A stretch of DNA of 64,000 bases from assembly GCA_007695095.1 (NCBI GenBank), contig REEL01000154.1:1891-65890 (forward strand), written 5' to 3'. The stretch is from Chitinophagaceae bacterium. GTDB lineage: Bacteria > Bacteroidota > Bacteroidia > Chitinophagales > REEL01. Numbering within the stretch: the stretch's first letter is position 1; every line of letters starts with the position of its first letter. Below the pieces are notes generated by a model, which saw nothing but the letters and a program-made list of their open reading frames with translations, was not told where the DNA came from and ran no database searches. Both the position numbers and the translations under genes were made by a program. Below, one piece after another: positions 59,142 through 64,000 of the stretch.

Positions 59142-60644
59142 ATGACAAAGAATATTAAAATTGACAATAGAAGTTACAAGCCTGAAGATTTATATGAATT
59201 AATCGCCGGACATCCGATAATTGAGTTATCTGATTCAGCCATTGAAAGTATAACGAATTGCAGAAATTATTTAGATGCAAAATTAGAGAAAGAAGACTCT
59301 TTGTTTTATGGAATTAATACCGGTTTTGGAGCATTATGCGATGTAGAAATAGATAAATCTCAAAATGAAGAATTACAGGAAAATTTGGTTAAATCCCATG
59401 CATGCGGAGTAGGAGAAGAAGTCCCGGATTCAGTTGTTCGCTTAATGATTTATTTAAAATTGGTCTCTCTCAGCAAAGGGAACAGCGCAATTTCTTTAGA
59501 GACAGTAAATAAACTTATTGAAATTTATAACAGAGGCTTATTGCCGGTAATTTACCGGCAAGGTTCCTTAGGAGCATCCGGTGATTTGGCACCTTTAGCT
59601 CACATGAGTCTGCCTTTAATAGGCGAAGGTGAAGTCCGCTTCAAAGGAAAAAAATATGACTCAGCAGACTTGATGAAGGAGCTTGGCATTAAACCTATAA
59701 AGCTAAAGGCAAAAGAAGGGCTTGCATTGCTAAACGGGACGCAATTTATGCTTGCTTATGCATCTAATATTTATTTGAAGGCAGCAAGACTGGCTCCGAT
59801 TATAGATGCAATTTCTGCATTAAGTTCTGTGGCTTATGAAATAAGTCCTGATCCATTTAATCATTTGGTACATTCAGTCAGACCATATAACGGTCAAATT
59901 GAAGTTGCAAAAAGATTGTTTAAATATCTGGAATACAGCTCCGGAAAAACAAAGCGAACTCAGATTCAGGATCCATATGCTTTCAGATGTATTCCTCAGG
60001 TTCATGGAGCTTCGCTGGATATCGTAAATTATTGTGGTTCATTATTTACAACTGAAATGAATTCTGTTACAGATAATCCATTGGTTTTTCAGGATGAGGA
60101 TAAGATTTTATCCGGCGGTAATTTTCATGGACAACCACTTGCCATGGCTTTGGACTATTTATGCATTGGTTTGTCTGAGTGGGGTAGTATTTCAGAAAGG
60201 AGAACGTATAAGTTGCTTTCAGGAAAGCGATCTTTGCCGGTTTTTCTTACAGAAAAATCAGGATTACATTCCGGATTTATGATACCTCAGTATACAGCCG
60301 CTTCATTAGTAAGTGCTAATAAGCAGCTTTGCACACCTTCCAGCGTAGATTCAATAGTTTCATCTAATGGGCAGGAAGATCATGTAAGTATGGGGGGGAA
60401 TGCAGCAGTTAAATGCTTTAAAGTGTTGGAAAATTTAGAAAATATTTTGGCAATAGAGCTTTTAACTTCGGTAAGGGCATTACAATACAAAAAAGAACTT
60501 ATATTGCATCCTGCTTTACAGAATATAGTTGATGATTTTCTGAGTGAGATTCCATTTAAAGAAGAAGACCATGTCTTGTATAAAGAGATTCATAAAGCAA
60601 AAGATTTTTTGAAAAAGCTGCAGCATGAAAATGATTTACTTTAA
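59142..60644 (+). CDS. hutH: Histidine ammonia-lyase (MIO-dependent)
   Basis: The MIO-forming triad ASG occurs in GSLGASGDLAPLAH. The selectivity-switch position reads SH (LVKSHACGVG) as in HALs, not HL or FL as in TAL/PAL. Also GINTGFG and NGTQ. Confidence 0.88.
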   Translation: MTKNIKIDNRSYKPEDLYELIAGHPIIELSDSAIESITNCRNYLDAKLEKEDSLFYGINTGFGALCDVEIDKSQNEELQENLVKSHACGVGEEVPDSVVRLMIYLKLVSLSKGNSAISLETVNKLIEIYNRGLLPVIYRQGSLGASGDLAPLAHMSLPLIGEGEVRFKGKKYDSADLMKELGIKPIKLKAKEGLALLNGTQFMLAYASNIYLKAARLAPIIDAISALSSVAYEISPDPFNHLVHSVRPYNGQIEVAKRLFKYLEYSSGKTKRTQIQDPYAFRCIPQVHGASLDIVNYCGSLFTTEMNSVTDNPLVFQDEDKILSGGNFHGQPLAMALDYLCIGLSEWGSISERRTYKLLSGKRSLPVFLTEKSGLHSGFMIPQYTAASLVSANKQLCTPSSVDSIVSSNGQEDHVSMGGNAAVKCFKVLENLENILAIELLTSVRALQYKKELILHPALQNIVDDFLSEIPFKEEDHVLYKEIHKAKDFLKKLQHENDLL

Positions 60645-60722
60645 GAATTGTAATTTTGCTTAACAATTAAAATATTGGTCTTTGCGAAGCGTTCGAATTA
60701 AGTACCTGTACGAAATAAAGAT

Positions 60723-61640
60723 ATGTCCATAAATGTAAAGAACTTGACCAAAATTTACGGTAGTCAGAAAGCTGTAAATGATATTAGCTTTGAGGTTGAA
60801 ACCGGACAAGTTTTAGGTTTTTTAGGCCCAAACGGTGCAGGTAAGTCAACAACCATGAAAATCCTGACATGCTTTATTCCTCAAACATCAGGAAAAGCTT
60901 TTGTAAGTGGATTTAATATTGAGGAAGAACCCATGGAGGTTAAAAAGAAAATTGGTTATTTGCCGGAAAGCAATCCGTTGTATTATGATTTATATGTTAT
61001 TGAATACCTGAATTTTGTAGCGGGTTTGCACGGAATTAAAAAGAACAAATCAAATTTAATTACAAATATCATAGGTCAAACCGGTTTACATAAAGAGAAA
61101 TTTAAGAAAATAGGACAATTATCTAAGGGTTATAAACAAAGGGTTGGTCTTGCTCAGGCTATGATTCACAATCCCTCTGTTTTGATTTTAGATGAACCTA
61201 CCAGCGGATTAGATCCAAATCAACTTTCAGAAATCAGAGAACTTATTGTGAATCTGGGAAAAGAAAAAACAGTAATACTTTCTACACATATTATGCAGGA
61301 GGTTCAGGCAATGTGTGACAGAGTAATCATAATCAATAATGGCAAAATTGCTGTGGATGATACAACAGATAACTTACAACAACATAATAAACAGAGCGTA
61401 ATCGTTTTTGTAGAATTCAAAGAAAAAGTGAATACAGAGGATTTAAAAAAATTGAGTAATGTTTTAAAAATTGAAAGAATAAATGATAAATCATTTAAGT
61501 TACATTCAGCTCACGAAAGTGATATTCGTGAAGATATTTTTAAATTTGCAGTTTCATTAAATCTGACTATACTTAACCTGCATACAGAAAAATCAACTTT
61601 AGAGGATGTTTTTAGAGATATAACCCTTAAACAATCCTAA
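60723..61640 (+). CDS. gldA: ABC transporter ATP-binding protein, GldA-like (gliding motility)
   Basis: Walker A GPNGAGKST, signature LSKGYKQR, Walker B ILILDEP. Followed by ABC-2 permease and GldG-like genes in the gldA-F-G order. Confidence 0.75.
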   Translation: MSINVKNLTKIYGSQKAVNDISFEVETGQVLGFLGPNGAGKSTTMKILTCFIPQTSGKAFVSGFNIEEEPMEVKKKIGYLPESNPLYYDLYVIEYLNFVAGLHGIKKNKSNLITNIIGQTGLHKEKFKKIGQLSKGYKQRVGLAQAMIHNPSVLILDEPTSGLDPNQLSEIRELIVNLGKEKTVILSTHIMQEVQAMCDRVIIINNGKIAVDDTTDNLQQHNKQSVIVFVEFKEKVNTEDLKKLSNVLKIERINDKSFKLHSAHESDIREDIFKFAVSLNLTILNLHTEKSTLEDVFRDITLKQS

Positions 61641-61651
61641 ATAAAATAAGC

Positions 61652-62383
61652 ATGACCAGTATTTTTTTCAAGGAATTAAATCATTTTTTCAGTTCATTGG
61701 TTGGATATATAGCTATTACTGTATTTTTGGTAGCAACCGGTTTGTTTATATGGATTTTTCCTGACACAAATTTGCTTGATTATGGTTATGCCACACTGGA
61801 GGGGCTATTCATAACTGCTCCATATATTTTCCTGTTTTTAGTTCCGGCAATTACTATGCGAACTTTTGCAGAAGAAAAAAGCTCCGGCACAATCGAAATG
61901 CTTGTTACAAAACCAATCAACGATGTTTCAATTATTTTAGGAAAGTATTTAGCTACTTTGGTTTTGATTGCCTTTGCTATTTTTCCTACACTCTTGTATT
62001 ATCTGACCATATACCTTTTGGGCGCACCTGTCGGAAATATTGACACCGGAGCTGTACATGGTTCATATATAGGTTTGTTTCTGTTAGCTGCTTCTTTTGC
62101 AGCTATAGGAGTATTTGCTTCTTCAATCACTTCAAATCAAATTGTCGCATTCGTATTGGCACTATTTTTATGCTTCTTTTTCTTTTTAGCTTTTGAATTT
62201 TTAAGCAGACTTCCAATTTTATTTGCCGGTTTTGACTATTTGGTTGAGCAGCTGGGAATTAATGCCCACTATCGTTCGATAAGCAGAGGTGTAATAGATA
62301 CCAGAGATATAGTTTATTTTTTGTCGCTGATTGTATTTTTTTTATCGTGCACCAAAATTTCCCTGGAGAGTAGAAAATGGTAA
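61652..62383 (+). CDS. gldF: ABC-2 type permease, GldF-like
   Basis: 243 aa with six hydrophobic helices. Sits between the GldA-like ATPase and the GldG-like gene. Confidence 0.7.
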   Translation: MTSIFFKELNHFFSSLVGYIAITVFLVATGLFIWIFPDTNLLDYGYATLEGLFITAPYIFLFLVPAITMRTFAEEKSSGTIEMLVTKPINDVSIILGKYLATLVLIAFAIFPTLLYYLTIYLLGAPVGNIDTGAVHGSYIGLFLLAASFAAIGVFASSITSNQIVAFVLALFLCFFFFLAFEFLSRLPILFAGFDYLVEQLGINAHYRSISRGVIDTRDIVYFLSLIVFFLSCTKISLESRKW

Positions 62384-64000
62384 AGTATTTAAAAAATAAA
62401 AAATTATCAGCGCTGCTACAGTTACTTTTACTGTTGCTTAGTCTCTTTTTAATAAATTATTTAGCTTCAAATTTTTATAGCCGAATTGATTTAACCAAAG
62501 AGAAGCGATTTACTTTATCAAGCGCTACCATTGATTTAATTAATAACTTAGATGACAGAGTATATATAGAAGTTTATTTGGAAGGTTCCTTTCCGTCAGG
62601 ATTCAGACGATTGAGAAATGCAACTGAAGACATGTTGGCTGAATTTCGGTCAAGATCGGGAAACAGAATTGATTACAGCTTCATGGACATATCTTCAATT
62701 GAAGATAGAGAAGAAAGAAGAGCATTTCAAGATCAGTTACACGAAAAAGGAATTTTACCTACAACATTATCTGTTCAGGATGGAGACGGTTTTAGTCAAA
62801 AAGTTATTTTCCCGGGAGCAATGGTTTTCTTTAAAGGAAGAGAACTTAGTGTAAATCTTTTAGAAAGTGGTATTGGTTCAGGAACATTTCAGGCGCTGAA
62901 CCAATCTGAAGAATTATTGGAATATAAATTTGCATCTGCAATAAATCAACTTGACAGAGATGTCAAACCAAGAGTTGTTTTTTTGGAAGGGCATGGTGAG
63001 TTATTACCGGAAAAAGTTTTGGATATTTCACGGGAACTTCAAAGAAAGCAATATGAAGTTTTTAGAATGAATATTCATGAGCAGGTTACAATTGGTCTTC
63101 ATAATGATGTACTGATTATTGCAAAACCCAGAGAGCGTTTTAGCGAACAGAATAAGTTTAAAATTGACCAATTTGTGATGGGTGGCGGTAGTGTTATTTG
63201 GCTTATCGACCAAATGGATGCCGAAATGGACAGTCTGAGAGGGCAAACCATGTTTTTCTCAAACATGATGGACTTAAATCTTGACGATATGTTGTTTAAA
63301 TATGGAGTCAGGATAAATCCGGATTTAGTCCAGGATTTGCAATGTAATCCCATACCTTTGGTAATAGGAAGTATGGGAGGTCAGCCGCAAACAGAGTTAT
63401 TCCCCTGGTATTACTATCCGGTGGCTATTTCACCAAGTGATCACCCGATTAACAGAAATATTGACCCGGTTTCTTTTAAGTTTGCTTCAACCATAGATAC
63501 TATCAGAACCATAAATCAGGATATTGATAAAACAATATTACTTACATCTTCTCAATATAGCAGGGCACTTATGGCACCGGTTAGGCTTCATTTCAGTATG
63601 TTGCAGGAAGACCCGAATCCGGAACATTTTCGACAACCCCAAAGAAAGTTGGCCGTATTGCTGGAAGGAACTTTTGAATCAGTTTTTAAAAACAGATTGG
63701 CTCCGGAAACCATTAGCATGATAGATAGTATACCGGAAGTTATTTATCGGGAAGAAAGTCTGCCGACAAAAATGCTGGTGATTTCTGATGGTGATTTTAT
63801 AAGAAATGAAACAACATCCCGGGGAGAAATTTATCCTTTAGGATTCTACAGGTATACAGAGCAGACTTTTGCAAATCGTGATTTCTTGTTAAATGCCATT
63901 GATTATATGATAGATGACAGTGGGTTAATAGAAACCAGAAACAGAGAAATTCGACTGAGACTTTTAGACAGAACTAAGGTTAACGAAGAGAAATTTAAAT
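62377..64000 (+). CDS. gldG: GldG-like gliding-associated ABC transporter accessory protein (3' end beyond window)
   Basis: My own translation from the ATG at 62377 (ATGGTAA overlap with the gldF stop) reads MVKYLKNKKLSALLQLLLLLLSLFLINYLASNFYSRIDLTKEKRFTLS... The frame stays open to the window end. Absent from the ORF track because there is no stop. Confidence 0.7.
   Translation, partial: MVKYLKNKKLSALLQLLLLLLSLFLINYLASNFYSRIDLTKEKRFTLSSATIDLINNLDDRVYIEVYLEGSFPSGFRRLRNATEDMLAEFRSRSGNRIDYSFMDISSIEDREERRAFQDQLHEKGILPTTLSVQDGDGFSQKVIFPGAMVFFKGRELSVNLLESGIGSGTFQALNQSEELLEYKFASAINQLDRDVKPRVVFLEGHGELLPEKVLDISRELQRKQYEVFRMNIHEQVTIGLHNDVLIIAKPRERFSEQNKFKIDQFVMGGGSVIWLIDQMDAEMDSLRGQTMFFSNMMDLNLDDMLFKYGVRINPDLVQDLQCNPIPLVIGSMGGQPQTELFPWYYYPVAISPSDHPINRNIDPVSFKFASTIDTIRTINQDIDKTILLTSSQYSRALMAPVRLHFSMLQEDPNPEHFRQPQRKLAVLLEGTFESVFKNRLAPETISMIDSIPEVIYREESLPTKMLVISDGDFIRNETTSRGEIYPLGFYRYTEQTFANRDFLLNAIDYMIDDSGLIETRNREIRLRLLDRTKVNEEKFK

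Noticed and set aside
59142-60644. hutH homologue as a tyrosine/phenylalanine ammonia-lyase feeding pigment (flexirubin-type) biosynthesis
   Set aside because: The substrate-selectivity position reads Ser-His (KSHACG) as in genuine histidine ammonia-lyases. There are also no polyketide or aryl-polyene genes nearby.

Overview
This is a low-GC Bacteroidota chromosomal segment dominated by core translation and transcription genes. The phylum call rests on four things: the gldA-gldF-gldG gliding genes, recurring TAnnTTTG promoter-like motifs, rpsU-xerC-hpf-tRNA-tuf synteny, and a DUF3467 gene directly after rpoC.

Layout:
- 1-8.6 kb: housekeeping and envelope genes. These are the typA 5' end, an MBL hydrolase, an M1 aminopeptidase, a biotinyl carrier domain protein, an M50/CBS protease, a lytic transglycosylase and a membrane-anchored PP2C phosphatase.
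- 8.6-16.2 kb: the only accessory-looking stretch. It holds tRNA-Phe followed by about 700 bp without a convincing gene, then a 377-aa unknown, a serine hydrolase and an orphan MNT nucleotidyltransferase. It ends with a beta-barrel/S41 peptidase pair, a second unknown and a sulfotransferase.
- 16.2-20.4 kb: ComEA-like protein, apt, acyl-CoA dehydrogenase, rpsU, xerC-like recombinase and hpf.
- 20.5-33.9 kb: tRNA Thr-Tyr-Gly-Thr, tuf, tRNA-Trp, secE, nusG, rplKAJL, rpoBC and DUF3467.
- 33.9-35.7 kb: a small decay pocket. It contains tRNA-Pro, a dead Y1/HUH (RAYT-like) transposase gene carrying a perfect 32-bp palindrome, a HigA-type antitoxin with no toxin, and repeat-rich non-coding DNA.
- 35.7-38.7 kb: rsmI, purS, pssA and pepP on the minus strand.
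- 38.9-57.0 kb: one uninterrupted str-S10-spc-alpha superoperon, rpsL through rplQ. It includes rpmD and rpmJ, which are too short for the ORF track.
- 57.2-64.0 kb: LMW-PTP, hisS, hutH and gldAFG.

I found no rRNA, CRISPR array, intact mobile element or prophage. I did not find a convincing novel multi-gene system. The findings are modest local oddities: gene remnants, split genes, palindromes, micro-repeats, a conserved unknown gene next to rpoC, and an extended L17 tail. All homology calls come from motif recognition by eye, not from database searches. Hand-derived coordinates (tRNAs, hairpins, motifs) may be off by 1-2 nt.
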